Below, one piece after another: positions 29,908 through 41,012 of a DNA stretch of 64,000 nucleotides; positions within the stretch are counted from its first letter, which is position 1, and the number at the start of each line of letters is the position of its first letter. The notes beneath the pieces are model-generated. The model made no database searches, was not told where the DNA came from, and saw only the letters and a program-made list of their open reading frames with translations. Source of the DNA: Bacillota bacterium (GTDB taxonomy: Bacteria; Sysuimicrobiota; Sysuimicrobiia; Sysuimicrobiales; Segetimicrobiaceae); the NCBI GenBank assembly GCA_021324975.1, contig JAJPIA010000011.1, positions 15,984 through 79,983 of the forward strand. The letters are read 5' to 3'. A program made the translations under genes and the position numbers.

Positions 29908-30769
29908 CGTCCGGGCCGGTCCGGGGACGAGCTACCTCCGCCGGTCCTTCCGGCTGCTCGGGCGCATCCCCGCCGCGTGGATCGGGGTCGCGATCGTGGC
30001 GCTTTTGCTGCTCGCCGCGCTGGCCGGTCCCGCCGTGGCGCCCCAGGATCCGTATCACATCTCCGCCGCCGACAAGCTCCGGCCGCCGTCGCCCGCGCAC
30101 TGGTTCGGGACGGACGACCTCGGCCGCGACCTCCTCAGCCGGGTACTCACCGGCGCGCGGATCTCGCTCGCGGTGAGCGTGGTCGTGCTTGCGCTGGCGA
30201 TGACGCTCGGCGTCGGCCTGGGACTCATCGCGGGATACTGGGGCGGATGGGCGGACGAAGCCCTGATGCGCACGACGGACGTGTTCCTCGCCTTCCCCCG
30301 GCTGGTCCTCGCGATCGTCATCGCGGCGACGCTCGGCGCCGGCCTCTCGAACACCGTGTTCGCGATCGCCCTGTCCTGGTGGCCCTGGTACACGCGGCTG
30401 GTGCGCGGTCAGATCCTGTCGCTGCGCGAGATGGAGTACGTGCAGGCGGCCGTCTCGCTCGGCGGGGGCCCGCGCCGGATCCTCATGCGGCACCTGCTCC
30501 CGAATGTCGCGACGACCGTCGTGATCCAGGCCTCGATCGACATCGGCTTTGCCATCCTGGCTACGGCGAGCCTCAGCTTCATCGGGCTCGGCGCGCAGCC
30601 GCCGACCCCCGAGTGGGGGGCGCTGATCGCGCAGGCGCGGAGCTACATGGTGGATGCGTGGTGGTATCCAACGTTTCCCGGGCTCGCCATCTTCTTCGCC
30701 GTGCTCGGGTTCAACCTACTGGGCAACGCGATCCGCGACGCGTTCGATCCGAAGCTCGGATCGAAGTGA
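29876..30769 (+). CDS. ABC transporter permease (DppC-like)
   Basis: HWFGTDDLGRD motif; overlaps the upstream permease. Confidence 0.8.
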   Translation: MLSSTLASATSVRAGPGTSYLRRSFRLLGRIPAAWIGVAIVALLLLAALAGPAVAPQDPYHISAADKLRPPSPAHWFGTDDLGRDLLSRVLTGARISLAVSVVVLALAMTLGVGLGLIAGYWGGWADEALMRTTDVFLAFPRLVLAIVIAATLGAGLSNTVFAIALSWWPWYTRLVRGQILSLREMEYVQAAVSLGGGPRRILMRHLLPNVATTVVIQASIDIGFAILATASLSFIGLGAQPPTPEWGALIAQARSYMVDAWWYPTFPGLAIFFAVLGFNLLGNAIRDAFDPKLGSK

Positions 30770-30785
30770 CCGCGCTCTTTTCTAG

Positions 30786-30832
30786 TTGACATCGGCGACC
30801 CTGCAGGATAGAAATGAATGAGTACCCACTCA
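30786..30832 (+). promoter_or_regulatory. Sigma70-like promoter TTGACA-N17-TAGAAA followed by perfect palindrome TGAGT-ACCC-ACTCA (candidate repressor operator) upstream of the RND operon
   Basis: -35 at 30786-30791, -10 at 30809-30814, palindrome 30819-30832 overlapping the predicted TSS. AT-richer than the surroundings. Confidence 0.4.
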
Positions 30833-30931
30833 GCAATTTAGCACCTTAACTCAGACTGTCGCCCCGCGTGACGCCGGCGTGTGCGCCCTTCCAGCCCGGC
30901 TGCCGTGGTTAGAGAAAGGAGACGCGTGTCG

Positions 30932-32347
30932 ATGTTTTGGCCCCACTACGTATCGAATCGGAGGACGCCACAGCGAACGCAGACAGCGGCGAACGCGCGG
31001 CGGCCTGCCCCTCACGCGCAGGCATGGGTCGCCGCCGCGCTGGCGGGCGTCATGCTCACCGGCTGCACGGCCGCGCGCGGCCACAGTCCAGATCCGCAGG
31101 CCGCGGCACCACCGCCGCCGCAGGTCGTCGTGACCGAGGCCATCCAGCACACGGTACCCGTCTACGAAGAGGACGTGGCCCAGACCGTGGCCGTGACGAC
31201 CGTGGATCTGCGCGCCCAAATCGGCGGCACGCTGGAGCAGGTGCTGTTCAAGCAGGGCGCGGAGGTGCGGCAAGGGCAGCTCCTCTTCGTCATCGATCAA
31301 CGGCCGTACACCGCGGCGCTGCAATCGGCGCGGGCCCAGCTCGCGACGGCCAGCGCAAACCTGCAGCAGGCGCTCGAGCAGGTCCAGCTTGCGCAGGCCA
31401 AGGCCCAACTGGCGTCGCTTCAGGCGACGCTGGTGAACGCGCAGAAGCAGGTGCAGCGCGATAAGTATCTCGTCGCGCAGCAGGCGCTGGCGCAGCAGCA
31501 ACTGGACAACGATACCGCGGCCGCCGACGCCGCCGCGGCGAACGTCGCCGCGCAGCAGGCGGTCGTCAAGAACACCGCGCTCTCCACCCTGGTCGGCATC
31601 GAGCAGGCGCGCGCCGGGGTGCAGCAGGCCCAGGCGGCCGTGACGCAGGCCGAGCTCAACCTGCACTACACGACCGTGCGGGCGCCGATCGACGGCGTGG
31701 TGGGGCTGCTGGCCGTGGACCAGGGCAATCTCGTCGGGGCCAACGGGCAGCTCGCCACGATGTCCTCGGTGGATCCCATCGTCGCGCAGTTCCACATGAG
31801 CGAGGTGACGTTCCTCGGCCTCGTAAAACGGGCGGCCGCGATCGCCGCCCAGACCGGGGCCACGGCGCTGACCGTGCCGTCGTTCCAGTTGGTGCTCGCA
31901 GACGGCAGCACGTACGCGCATCCCGGAACCTTCCGCACGCTCGACCGCGCGGTGGACCCGCAGACCGGGACGATCATCGTCCAGGCGTTGTTCCCGAACC
32001 CCGAGCGGTTGCTGCGCCCCGGCATGTTCGCGCGCGTCCGCGCCAAGCTGCAGGACCGGCCCAACGCGGTGCTCGTGCCGCAGGTGGCGGTGCAGCAGGT
32101 CCAGGGGGTGAAGACGGTGTTCGTCGTCGCGCCCGACAACACGGTGTCCGTGCGCACCATCACGGACGGCGGGCCTTATGGACAGTTCTTCATCGTCCTC
32201 GGCGGCCTGCGCGCCGGTGAGCGCGTGATCGTCGAAGGGATCCAAAAGGCCCGGCCGGGCGCCCGCGTCTCCCCGACGCCGCGGCCCGCGCCGCCATTGC
32301 CGCCCAGCACGGGGCGCGCGAGGACGGTGGGAGCGCAACCGTGCTGA
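30932..32347 (+). CDS. RND efflux periplasmic adaptor (membrane fusion protein, HlyD/AcrA family)
   Basis: Lipoyl/beta-barrel MFP motifs ([12 protein letters not shown]), coiled-coil Q/A-rich hairpin. ATG 30932 (or GTG 30926) after AAAGGAG. Confidence 0.8.
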   Translation: MFWPHYVSNRRTPQRTQTAANARRPAPHAQAWVAAALAGVMLTGCTAARGHSPDPQAAAPPPPQVVVTEAIQHTVPVYEEDVAQTVAVTTVDLRAQIGGTLEQVLFKQGAEVRQGQLLFVIDQRPYTAALQSARAQLATASANLQQALEQVQLAQAKAQLASLQATLVNAQKQVQRDKYLVAQQALAQQQLDNDTAAADAAAANVAAQQAVVKNTALSTLVGIEQARAGVQQAQAAVTQAELNLHYTTVRAPIDGVVGLLAVDQGNLVGANGQLATMSSVDPIVAQFHMSEVTFLGLVKRAAAIAAQTGATALTVPSFQLVLADGSTYAHPGTFRTLDRAVDPQTGTIIVQALFPNPERLLRPGMFARVRAKLQDRPNAVLVPQVAVQQVQGVKTVFVVAPDNTVSVRTITDGGPYGQFFIVLGGLRAGERVIVEGIQKARPGARVSPTPRPAPPLPPSTGRARTVGAQPC

Positions 32348-35300
32348 GCCGGTTTTTCATCCACCGCCCGGTCTTTGCGATTTCGATGTCGCTCTTGATC
32401 GTCATCGTGGGCGCGCTGTCGTACGAGACCCTGCCCCGGGAGCAGTATCCCAATATCGCCCCGCCGACGGTCACCGTGACGACCACGTACATCGGCGCCA
32501 GCCCCGAGGTTGTCGCGTCGAACGTCGCCGTCCCGATCGAGGAAGCCGTCAACGGCGCGCCGGACATGCTCTACATGCAGTCCCAAAGCTCGTCCAACGG
32601 GCAGTACTCGCTCACCGTGACTTTCCGCCTCGGCACGGATCCCGACATCGACGCCGTGGCGGTCCAAAATCGCGTGACCCAGGCGTCGGCGAACCTCCCC
32701 GCCGCAGTGAACAACTTCGGCATCACCGTCCGCAAAGCGTCCCCGAACTTCCTCATGGGCATCGCCGTGTACTCGCCGCAGGACAGCTACGACGCCACGT
32801 TCCTTTCGAACTATGCGCTCCTCCATATCGTCGACCCGCTCGCGCGTGTCGAGGGCGTCGGCGACTACTTCGTCTTTCCGGATCAGAGCTACGCGCTGCG
32901 CGCGTGGCTCCGCCCGGACCGGCTCGCGGCCCTCGGGCTGACGGTCTCGGATGTGTCCAACGCAATTACGGCGCAGAACGTGGTGGCGCCGACCGGGACG
33001 CTGGGGCAGCGCCCGTCGTTGCCCGGCACGGAGATCCAGTACACCGTAAGCTCTTACGGCCAGGTGACGGACCCGAACCAGCTCGGCAACATCGTCGTCC
33101 ACACGCTGCCGGACGGCAGCATCGTCCGCCTCCGCGACGTGGCTTCCACCGACCTCGGCGCGCAAAGTTACACGACGAACGGCGCGTGGAACGGCCATCC
33201 CGCGGCCGTGATCATTCTGCTCCAGGCCCCGGGGACAAACGCGCTGGCCGCCTCGCAGGGGGTCCGGACCACGCTCGCCGGCCTCGACAAGCAGTTCCCG
33301 CCCGGGCTCACCGCGGAAGTCGCCTTCGACACCACGCTGTTCATCACGGAGGCGCTCAACGAGGTCACGCAGACCCTCGGCCTCGCCGTGCTCCTCGTGC
33401 TGTGCGTCGTCACGCTCTTCCTGGGCCGGGCGCGCGCCACGCTGATCCCGATGCTCGCGATCCCGGTGTCGCTCATCGGCGCCATGGCGGCGTTCAACGC
33501 GCTCGGGTTCACGATCAACATCCTGACGATGTTCGCGATGACGCTTGCCATCGGGCTCGTCGTGGACGACGCCATCGTCGTCGTCGAGGCGGTGGAGCGC
33601 CACATCGAACAGGGGCTGGGGCCCCTCGCGGCCGCCGAGGCCGCGATGCGGCTGGTGCAGGGACCGATCATCGGCATCGTGCTCGTGCTGGACGCCGTGT
33701 TCCTGCCGACGGCGTTCATCGGGGGGCTGAGCGGCCAGCTCTACCGCCAGTTCGCGCTGACGCTCGTGGCCAGCGTCACGCTCTCCGGCTTCGTCGCGCT
33801 GACCCTGACGCCCGCGCTCTGCGGGCTGCTGCTCCGGCCGAGCCGCCCCGGCCGCGGGCCCCTCGCCTGGTTCTTTGGCGGCTTCAACTCGCTCTTCGCG
33901 CGCGGCACCGAGTTGTACATCCGCATGTTGCGCGGGGCCATCCGCGCGCGGTGGCTCCTGGTTGCGGCGCTCGTGGTCATCGCCGCCATCACGTTCCAGC
34001 TGCTGCGCATGATCCCATCCACGTTTGTGCCGATCGAGGATCAGGGGTTCTTCGTGGTCGCGTTCCGGCTGCCCGACGGCGCCACGCAGGGACGCACGGA
34101 GGCGGTGGAGCGCAAGGCGGAGCAGTTTCTGGTGCGCATGCCGGGCGTGGATCGGGTGATCACCGTCGGCGGGTACGACATCCTGGCGGGCGGCACCATC
34201 AATTCCAACGCCTTCGCCGCGTTTGTCGTGCTGAAACCGTGGAGCGAGCGGCGCGCCAAGAACGAACAGCTGTTCCCGCTCCTGACCCGCGCCAACGTCG
34301 CGCTCTCCCAGTATCCAGAGGGGATCGGCTTTGCGTTCCCGCTCCCCCCGCTCCCGGGCGAGGGCAACGTGAACGGCTTCCAGTTCATGGCGGAGGACCT
34401 CAACGGCACCGGCGATCTCAACCGGCTTGCCCAGGTGGCGCAGGGCGTGATCGGCGCGGCGAGCACCCATCCCACGGTGACGTCGCTCTCCACCGGGTTC
34501 CGCACGACGACGCCGCGCTACAACGTCACGCTGAACCGGGACAAGGCCGGGACCCTCGGCGTCTCCGTGGACAGCGTGTATCAGAGCCTGTCCGCGCTCC
34601 TCGGTGGTATTCAGATCAACAACGTGACGCTGTTCGGGCGGATCTTCAAGGTGATGATCCAGGCCGAACCGGCGTACCGCATGTCCGCGTCCAGCATCGG
34701 CGATTTCTTCGTGCGCACCAACGCCGGGGGAATGGTGCCGCTCAGCACGCTCGTGTCGGTCGCGCCGGGTACCGGCCCGAGCCTCGTCACGCGGTACAAC
34801 GGCTACTACGCGGCGGAGGTGGACGGCCAAGCGCCGTTCGGGGCCAGCTCCGCGCGCGCCATCGACACGATGGAGCAGGTCGCCCGCACGGCGCTACCGG
34901 CCGGCTTCGGCTACGAGTGGACGGGGCTCGCCTATCAGGAGAAGCAGGCGGGGAGCACGCAGGCGTTGATCTTCGTGCTCGCGCTGGTGCTCGTCTTCCT
35001 GCTCCTCGCGGCCCTCTACGAGAGCTGGAGCATCCCATTCAGCGTGCTGCTCGCGGTGCCCATCGCCGCGTTCGGCTCGCTCGCCGCGATCATGATACGC
35101 GGCATCGTGTTCCGGGACGTGCTCAACGACGTCTACGTGCAGATCGGCCTGGTCATGCTGATCGGCCTGACGGCAAAGAACGCGATCCTGATCGTCGAGT
35201 ACGCCAAGGAGCAGCACGAGCGGGAGGGGCTCTCGGTCATCGACGCCGCCATCGCGGGGGCGCGCCTCCGGCTGCGCCCGATCCTCATGACGTCGCTCGC

Positions 35301-35589
35301 GTTTGTGTTCGCGGCGCTGCCGATGGTGGTGGCCACCGGGGCGGGCGCGAACGCGCGGCACTCGCTCGGCACCGGGGTGGTCGGCGGCATGACCATGGCC
35401 ACGCTGTTGGGTATCTTCTTCATCCCGGTCCTGTACGTGCTCGTGGCGGGCACGGAGCGGCGCCGCGACCGGACGCGCCCGGGTGCGCCGGCCGGCACGC
35501 CGGCGCCGGAACCGGAAGAACCGGAGCTTCCGCCCGCGCCCGACGACCACGGGCCGACGGCGGACCACGAAGGCGAGGCGTCCGCGTAA
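32341..35589 (+). CDS. RND efflux transporter permease (HAE1, AcrB/MexB family)
   Basis: 1082 aa, 12 TM with two large periplasmic loops; N-terminal [13 protein letters not shown] typical of AcrB. Confidence 0.9.
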   Translation: MLSRFFIHRPVFAISMSLLIVIVGALSYETLPREQYPNIAPPTVTVTTTYIGASPEVVASNVAVPIEEAVNGAPDMLYMQSQSSSNGQYSLTVTFRLGTDPDIDAVAVQNRVTQASANLPAAVNNFGITVRKASPNFLMGIAVYSPQDSYDATFLSNYALLHIVDPLARVEGVGDYFVFPDQSYALRAWLRPDRLAALGLTVSDVSNAITAQNVVAPTGTLGQRPSLPGTEIQYTVSSYGQVTDPNQLGNIVVHTLPDGSIVRLRDVASTDLGAQSYTTNGAWNGHPAAVIILLQAPGTNALAASQGVRTTLAGLDKQFPPGLTAEVAFDTTLFITEALNEVTQTLGLAVLLVLCVVTLFLGRARATLIPMLAIPVSLIGAMAAFNALGFTINILTMFAMTLAIGLVVDDAIVVVEAVERHIEQGLGPLAAAEAAMRLVQGPIIGIVLVLDAVFLPTAFIGGLSGQLYRQFALTLVASVTLSGFVALTLTPALCGLLLRPSRPGRGPLAWFFGGFNSLFARGTELYIRMLRGAIRARWLLVAALVVIAAITFQLLRMIPSTFVPIEDQGFFVVAFRLPDGATQGRTEAVERKAEQFLVRMPGVDRVITVGGYDILAGGTINSNAFAAFVVLKPWSERRAKNEQLFPLLTRANVALSQYPEGIGFAFPLPPLPGEGNVNGFQFMAEDLNGTGDLNRLAQVAQGVIGAASTHPTVTSLSTGFRTTTPRYNVTLNRDKAGTLGVSVDSVYQSLSALLGGIQINNVTLFGRIFKVMIQAEPAYRMSASSIGDFFVRTNAGGMVPLSTLVSVAPGTGPSLVTRYNGYYAAEVDGQAPFGASSARAIDTMEQVARTALPAGFGYEWTGLAYQEKQAGSTQALIFVLALVLVFLLLAALYESWSIPFSVLLAVPIAAFGSLAAIMIRGIVFRDVLNDVYVQIGLVMLIGLTAKNAILIVEYAKEQHEREGLSVIDAAIAGARLRLRPILMTSLAFVFAALPMVVATGAGANARHSLGTGVVGGMTMATLLGIFFIPVLYVLVAGTERRRDRTRPGAPAGTPAPEPEEPELPPAPDDHGPTADHEGEASA

Positions 35590-35797
35590 GCGGGCGCCAG
35601 ACGGAGCTCGCGCGGCTACGACTTGCTAATCGTTCTCATCCGCTTCTTCGCCAGATCTCACCTGTGAGATTGAACGAATAATCGAGCTACCCGTCGGAGC
35701 CTTTCCCAAACCTGCCTTCGAAGCCGCCGTCGCCGCGCAGCCCGGAAAAGCTCACCTGGAAGCGATGGGGTCTCCGCGGTTACTTGAGGCCCGGCGA

Positions 35798-37636
35798 CTA
35801 CCACCCGATCGCGTAGTTGCGCTCGCCGCGCGAGCTGGCGCCGCCCTCGATGAGGCGGCGCGCCGGATCATATCGCACCGCGGTCGTGTAGTTGAGGCTC
35901 CAGTCGCCGGCCAGGCGGATCTCGTGGCCCCGTGCGCGCAGGTCGTCGAGCACCGCCTCCGGGACGCGGCGCTCGACCACGAGCTCCCGCGGCTTTGCCT
36001 GGCGCGGGTAGAACGAGCTCGACATGTGCGCGGAATGAAAGCTTGGCGCGTCGATCGCGTCCTGCACGTCCATCCCGAAGTCCACCATGTTCAGGAAAAA
36101 CTGGAGCGTCCACTGGTCCTGTTGGTCGCCGCCGGGCGTGCCGAAGACGAGATGCGGCTCGCCCTCGCGCGTCACCAGGGACGGCGTCAGCGTGGTGCGC
36201 GGGCGCTTCCGCGGCGCCAGGGCGCTCGGATGGGCCGGATCGTGCAGCCAGAACATCTGGATGCGGGTGCCGAGGCTGAACCCCAGACCCGGGATCACCG
36301 GCGAACTGCGGAACCACCCGCCGCTCGGCGTCGCGGAGAACATGTTGCCGTCGGCGTCGACGGCTCGCGTCCCGGTCGTCCCCCCGCTCCATGCCCGGCC
36401 GTCCGCGGCGACGGGCGACGCCGGCGCGGTACGGCCCTCAAACGGATACGGATCACCGGGGCGAAGCTCGGCCGAGGCTGCGCGGGGATCGATGAGCCCG
36501 CGGCGGGACGCGGCGTAGGCCTTGGACAGCAGCCCGCGGAGCGGCACGTCCACGTACTCCGGATCGCCGTAGTACCGCTCCCGGTCGGCCATCGCCAGCT
36601 TCGTCGCCTCGATGACCGTGTGGATGTAGTCCGCGGAGTTGTGCCCGAGCGCGCGCAGATCGATGCCTTCCAGCAGGCCGAGTTGCTGCAGGAACACCGG
36701 CCCCTGCGACCAGGGGCCGCACTTGTGCACCTCGTAGCCGCGATACGTGGCGGACACCGGCGCCTCGAAGCTCGCGCGGTATTGCGCGAAGTCGTCTTCA
36801 GTGAGCAGGCCGTTCGAGACGACGCCGTTCGCGTCGCGGATCTTGGTATCGCGCTGGAACGCCACGATCTCCCGCGCGATCGGACCGCGGTAGAAGTAGT
36901 CGCGCGCGGCGGCGAGGGCCTCGCTGCGGCCGCGCGAGCGTGCGCCCCGCTCCGCCTCGACGAGCCGCTCGAATGTACGGGCGAGATCGGGATTGCGCCA
37001 AGTGTCGCCGAGCCGTGGCGCCGCACCCCCAGGGAAGAACACCGCCGCGGAAGACGGCCACTCCCGGAGCCGTGGCTCGTGCTCCGTCACCGACCGGAGC
37101 ATCCCCTCGTAGATAGGAAAACCGCCCGCGGCGAGCTCGATCGCCGGGGCGAGCACCTGCTCGAGCGACAGCCGGCCGTAGCGGTCGAGCACGGTGATCA
37201 GCGCGTCCGGAACCGCGCAGACGCCCGCCGCGAGAAACCCGTCACCGGGAATCAGAGTGATGCCCTGCGATCGGAACCACTCGATCGTGGCTCGGGACGG
37301 CGCGCGGGTATTGCCATTGACCGCGACGACCCGGCGCTCGCGCCCATCGTACACGAGGATGGGGACCTCGCCGCCGAAGCCGAAGCTCTGAAACTCCAGC
37401 ACCGACTGCGCAAAAACCATGGCCACGCCGGCGTCGAACGCGTTGCCGCCGAGCGCATGCATGCGCATCCCGGCCGCGGCCGCCAGGTAGTGACCGCAGG
37501 CCACGACGAGCGAGCGCCCGCGGATCACCGGGCGCGTCGCGCTCGTCGCAAATTGCCAGTCGGTGTACGCGGGGCTCGCGGTCGCGTCCCGCACGGGCCC
37601 AGTGCCGGCGTCCGTTCGCGGCGGAGTGTCCGGCAT
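35798..37636 (-). CDS. ggt: Gamma-glutamyltransferase (Ntn-hydrolase)
   Basis: GGT family along the full length with catalytic Thr region TTGTRAVDADGNMFSATPSGG. ATG at 37636, 2 nt after the upstream stop (ORF to 37675). Confidence 0.8.
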   Translation of the reverse strand: MPDTPPRTDAGTGPVRDATASPAYTDWQFATSATRPVIRGRSLVVACGHYLAAAAGMRMHALGGNAFDAGVAMVFAQSVLEFQSFGFGGEVPILVYDGRERRVVAVNGNTRAPSRATIEWFRSQGITLIPGDGFLAAGVCAVPDALITVLDRYGRLSLEQVLAPAIELAAGGFPIYEGMLRSVTEHEPRLREWPSSAAVFFPGGAAPRLGDTWRNPDLARTFERLVEAERGARSRGRSEALAAARDYFYRGPIAREIVAFQRDTKIRDANGVVSNGLLTEDDFAQYRASFEAPVSATYRGYEVHKCGPWSQGPVFLQQLGLLEGIDLRALGHNSADYIHTVIEATKLAMADRERYYGDPEYVDVPLRGLLSKAYAASRRGLIDPRAASAELRPGDPYPFEGRTAPASPVAADGRAWSGGTTGTRAVDADGNMFSATPSGGWFRSSPVIPGLGFSLGTRIQMFWLHDPAHPSALAPRKRPRTTLTPSLVTREGEPHLVFGTPGGDQQDQWTLQFFLNMVDFGMDVQDAIDAPSFHSAHMSSSFYPRQAKPRELVVERRVPEAVLDDLRARGHEIRLAGDWSLNYTTAVRYDPARRLIEGGASSRGERNYAIGW

Positions 37637-37638
37637 CG

Positions 37639-38955
37639 TCACCGGCGCCGAACCGCCGCGAACGCCGCGTCGCACGCCTCGAGTGTGCGGTCCGCGTCCG
37701 CGTCGGTGTGCGCCAGCGACAGGTAAAACTTCTCGTTGGGATTGGTCAAGATCCCGCGCCGGATGAGCTCCACGGACCAGCGCAGGTTGAGGTCCTTATC
37801 GGCCGTGAGCAGGTCCTCCCACGTTCTGAGCGGCCGCCGGTCCGTGAACCGGACGCCAAACACCGCGTCCTCGCCGGGCGTCTGCACGGCAAACCCGTAG
37901 CGGGCGCCGATCGCGGGGATCTCGCGGCGCAGCCGGCCGCCGATGCGGTGCAGATGCTCGAACGCTCCGGGACGCGCGAGAATCTCCAGGGCGGTGAGGC
38001 CGGCGATCGCGCTCACGGGGTTGCCGTTGAGCGTGCCGCTGGCCCACACCAGATGCGCACGATCGACCCGCCGCGCGTCCAGATGCTTCATTACACCGGC
38101 GCGGCCCGCGATCGCGGCCATCGGAAACCCGCCGGACATCGCCTTGCCGTAGGTCGCGAGGTCCGGCACGACGCCGTACCGCTCCTGCGCACCGCCCCAG
38201 GCGATGCGGAAGCCGGTCACGACCTCATCGAAGATGAGCACGATCCCATGACGCCGTGTGGCCTCACGCACAGTTTCGAGAAAGCCGGGCACTGGTACGA
38301 GCACCCGCTGGAGCGGCTCCACGATCACCGCGGCCAATTCGTGCGCGTGCTGGTCGATCAGCTCCGCGGCGCGCGCGGCGTCGTTGAACGGCGCCACGAG
38401 CACCTGACCCCGAAGGGCGTCCGGGATGCCGAGCGAGTCCGGCGCGGCGTCCGGATACGGGCTCGGTTGCGGCGGGACCGTGCCCCAGAGCGCATAGTCG
38501 TTCATCCCGTGCCAGCCGCCCTCGAACTTGAGGATCTTCTGGCGCCCGGTGGCGGCCCGCGCCACACGGAGCGCGAAGAACGTCGCCTCGGTCCCCGCGC
38601 CGGTGAAGTGCACCTGGTCCGCGCATGGAATGGCCTCCACCATGCGCTCGCTCAATCGAATGACGGGCTCGTTCAGGAAGTAATAAGTCGACCCCTTGGC
38701 GACCTGGCGTTGCACCGCCTCGACGATCTCCGGGTGGGCGTGTCCGAGGAGCGCCGGTCCCGACCCCAAATGGTAGTCGATCAAGTTGCGGCCGGACGCA
38801 TCGGTCACATGGCTGCCGCGCCCCTCCGCGATCACGAGGTTGACTTCCGGTGGAAGAACAAACAGGCCCAAGCCGCCGCCCGCGAGATAACGGCCGGCGC
38901 GGTCCAAGAGATCGGCTTGGCGATCGAGCTGGGTGCTCTGGGGATTGGGCGTCAT
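37639..38955 (-). CDS. Class III pyridoxal-phosphate aminotransferase (GSA aminomutase-like)
   Basis: AT-III signatures (LIFDEVVTGFR, GKAMSGG lysine). Start ATG 38955 with GGAGG SD. The listed ORF N-terminus (to 39156) runs into the CRISPR repeats and is an artefact. Confidence 0.8.
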   Translation of the reverse strand: MTPNPQSTQLDRQADLLDRAGRYLAGGGLGLFVLPPEVNLVIAEGRGSHVTDASGRNLIDYHLGSGPALLGHAHPEIVEAVQRQVAKGSTYYFLNEPVIRLSERMVEAIPCADQVHFTGAGTEATFFALRVARAATGRQKILKFEGGWHGMNDYALWGTVPPQPSPYPDAAPDSLGIPDALRGQVLVAPFNDAARAAELIDQHAHELAAVIVEPLQRVLVPVPGFLETVREATRRHGIVLIFDEVVTGFRIAWGGAQERYGVVPDLATYGKAMSGGFPMAAIAGRAGVMKHLDARRVDRAHLVWASGTLNGNPVSAIAGLTALEILARPGAFEHLHRIGGRLRREIPAIGARYGFAVQTPGEDAVFGVRFTDRRPLRTWEDLLTADKDLNLRWSVELIRRGILTNPNEKFYLSLAHTDADADRTLEACDAAFAAVRRR

Positions 38956-39076
38956 CCAGTGGCCTCCGGCGAAACGCGATCTGCGACACACTTCCATGGG
39001 GATCGGGGGTCTCCTCCCATTGACTGTCCCCTCCGGGTGAGAGCCATTCAACGCAGAACATCTTGGACCCGATCCA

Positions 39077-41012
39077 GCTTCAAAGAGGCCGCCGTCTTTC
39101 AACGGCGGAAACCCTTCGCTTCGCGGGGCGATACGCTCAATGCGCTTGAGCTTCAATGAGGCCGCCGTCTTTCAACGGCGGAAACGTGTTCCTCCTCACT
39201 GCCCCTTTCTCTCCAAGAGGATGCTTCAATGAGGCCGCCGTCTTTCAACGGCGGAAACGTGGAAAGAAATTTTCTTGGAGTAGTAGTAGCAAAGCTTCAA
39301 TGAGGCCGCCGTCTTTCAACGGCGGAAACTGCTCGGTCTCCCGAACTACTTCGACGCGTTCGCGAATGCTTCAATGAGGCCGCCGTCTTTCAACGGCGGA
39401 AACCGGGGTTCGCCGAGTTCGACGTGTCCGGCTCGGCACCGCTTCAATGAGGCCGCCGTCTTTCAACGGCGGAAACGTTCGACGGCAATGGCATCACGGA
39501 CGAAGTGCAGATGCTTCAATGAGGCCGCCGTCTTTCAACGGCGGAAACGTCGCGCGCTGAGTACCTGAAAGGCGCGTCGTACCTGCTTCAATGAGGCCGC
39601 CGTCTTTCAACGGCGGAAACGACGAGACCATTTTGATAGTGGTCCTTTTGCCGAAGCAGCTTCAATGAGGCCGCCGTCTTTCAACGGCGGAAACGTTCCA
39701 TGCGGGCTTTACACCGGAGCGCTGAAGATAATGCTTCAATGAGGCCGCCGTCTTTCAACGGCGGAAACCAAGAACATCATTGCGGACAAGACGTATGGGT
39801 TGTACGGCTTCAATGAGGCCGCCGTCTTTCAACGGCGGAAACGGTGCAGGTCTCGTACTCGGTGCGCCCGCTCGACGAGCTTCAATGAGGCCGCCGTCTT
39901 TCAACGGCGGAAACAAGACCACCTGTTTTACTGCATGCCACATAACGTGCCCGCTTCAATGAGGCCGCCGTCTTTCAACGGCGGAAACTCCGGCCACATA
40001 ATTTGGCTCCGGGTTAGAGATGGGCTTCAATGAGGCCGCCGTCTTTCAACGGCGGAAACCAAATTACGCCGGTACATTTAGTACGCGATCATACGCTTCA
40101 ATGAGGCCGCCGTCTTTCAACGGCGGAAACCTTTGGTATCGCAAGGATAGCACATACCCAAGAAACCGCTTCAATGAGGCCGCCGTCTTTCAACGGCGGA
40201 AACCAGACCACCACGCTCGATGCGTTCTGCGCGGCATGGCTTCAATGAGGCCGCCGTCTTTCAACGGCGGAAACCGGCACCTCGCTCGCGTTCATGGTCG
40301 CCAGCAGTGGCGGCTTCAATGAGGCCGCCGTCTTTCAACGGCGGAAACTCTACTTCCTGAGCCGTGGCAGCGGCGGGACGAACAGCTTCAATGAGGCCGC
40401 CGTCTTTCAACGGCGGAAACCGGCAGGCCGTCCAGATCGGCTCCCGGCGGCGGATCTGGCTTCAATGAGGCCGCCGTCTTTCAACGGCGGAAACTCGCCC
40501 GCGGCCGGGGTGGCAAGCCGGGGTGGCAAGCGCGCTCTCGGGCAAGCTTCAATGAGGCCGCCGTCTTTCAACGGCGGAAACCTCAAAACCCTGCTCGCCA
40601 TGATCCTGTCCATCCTCAGGCTTCAATGAGGCCGCCGTCTTTCAACGGCGGAAACCCGGGCCCCAAACACATTACCCAGGCAGAGGAGGTGCTTCAATGA
40701 GGCCGCCGTCTTTCAACGGCGGAAACCTCGTGCGCTCGGCCTGGACGCCGATGTTATAGCTGCTTCAATGAGGCCGCCGTCTTTCAACGGCGGAAACGTA
40801 CAGGCGCACCGAGGCGTGGCTTCTGCGCGAGGGCTTCAATGAGGCCGCCGTCTTTCAACGGCGGAAACTCTTCAAGCCGGGTCATCTCATCCTCGACACC
40901 ACGACGCTTCAATGAGGCCGCCGTCTTTCAACGGCGGAAACTTGTCCGGGACGCGGTCAGTCTCGCCGGATGCCTGGCTTCAATGAGGCCGCCGTCTTTC
41001 AACGGCGGAAAC
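39077..41012 (-). CRISPR. CRISPR array: 27 repeats, 26 spacers; 36-bp repeat GTTTCCGCCGTTGAAAGACGGCGGCCTCATTGAAGC (transcribed orientation, minus strand)
   Basis: Perfect 36-bp direct repeats every 71-74 bp. The first (distal) repeat at 39077-39112 carries one substitution (CAAAGAGG). Spacers are 35-38 nt except one of 51 nt. The repeat contains a 7-bp stem (CCGCCGT/ACGGCGG) followed by a 12-nt tail ending ATTGAAGC. Confidence 0.95.

Noticed and set aside
32176-35681. Long alternative-frame ORFs over the RND permease (32904..35681 plus strand at 925 aa; 32176..34830 minus strand at 884 aa)
   Set aside because: They overlap the well-supported AcrB-family gene in other frames or on the other strand. 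They are R/G/P-rich with no domain.
35765-37726. 653-aa plus-strand ORF
   Set aside because: It is antisense to the intact ggt gene and is low-complexity.
38956-39156. N-terminal 67 codons of ORF 37639..39156 (aminotransferase) reading FPPLKDGGLFEA
   Set aside because: The extension runs through the terminal CRISPR repeat and the trailer. The true start is ATG 38955, which has a GGAGG SD.
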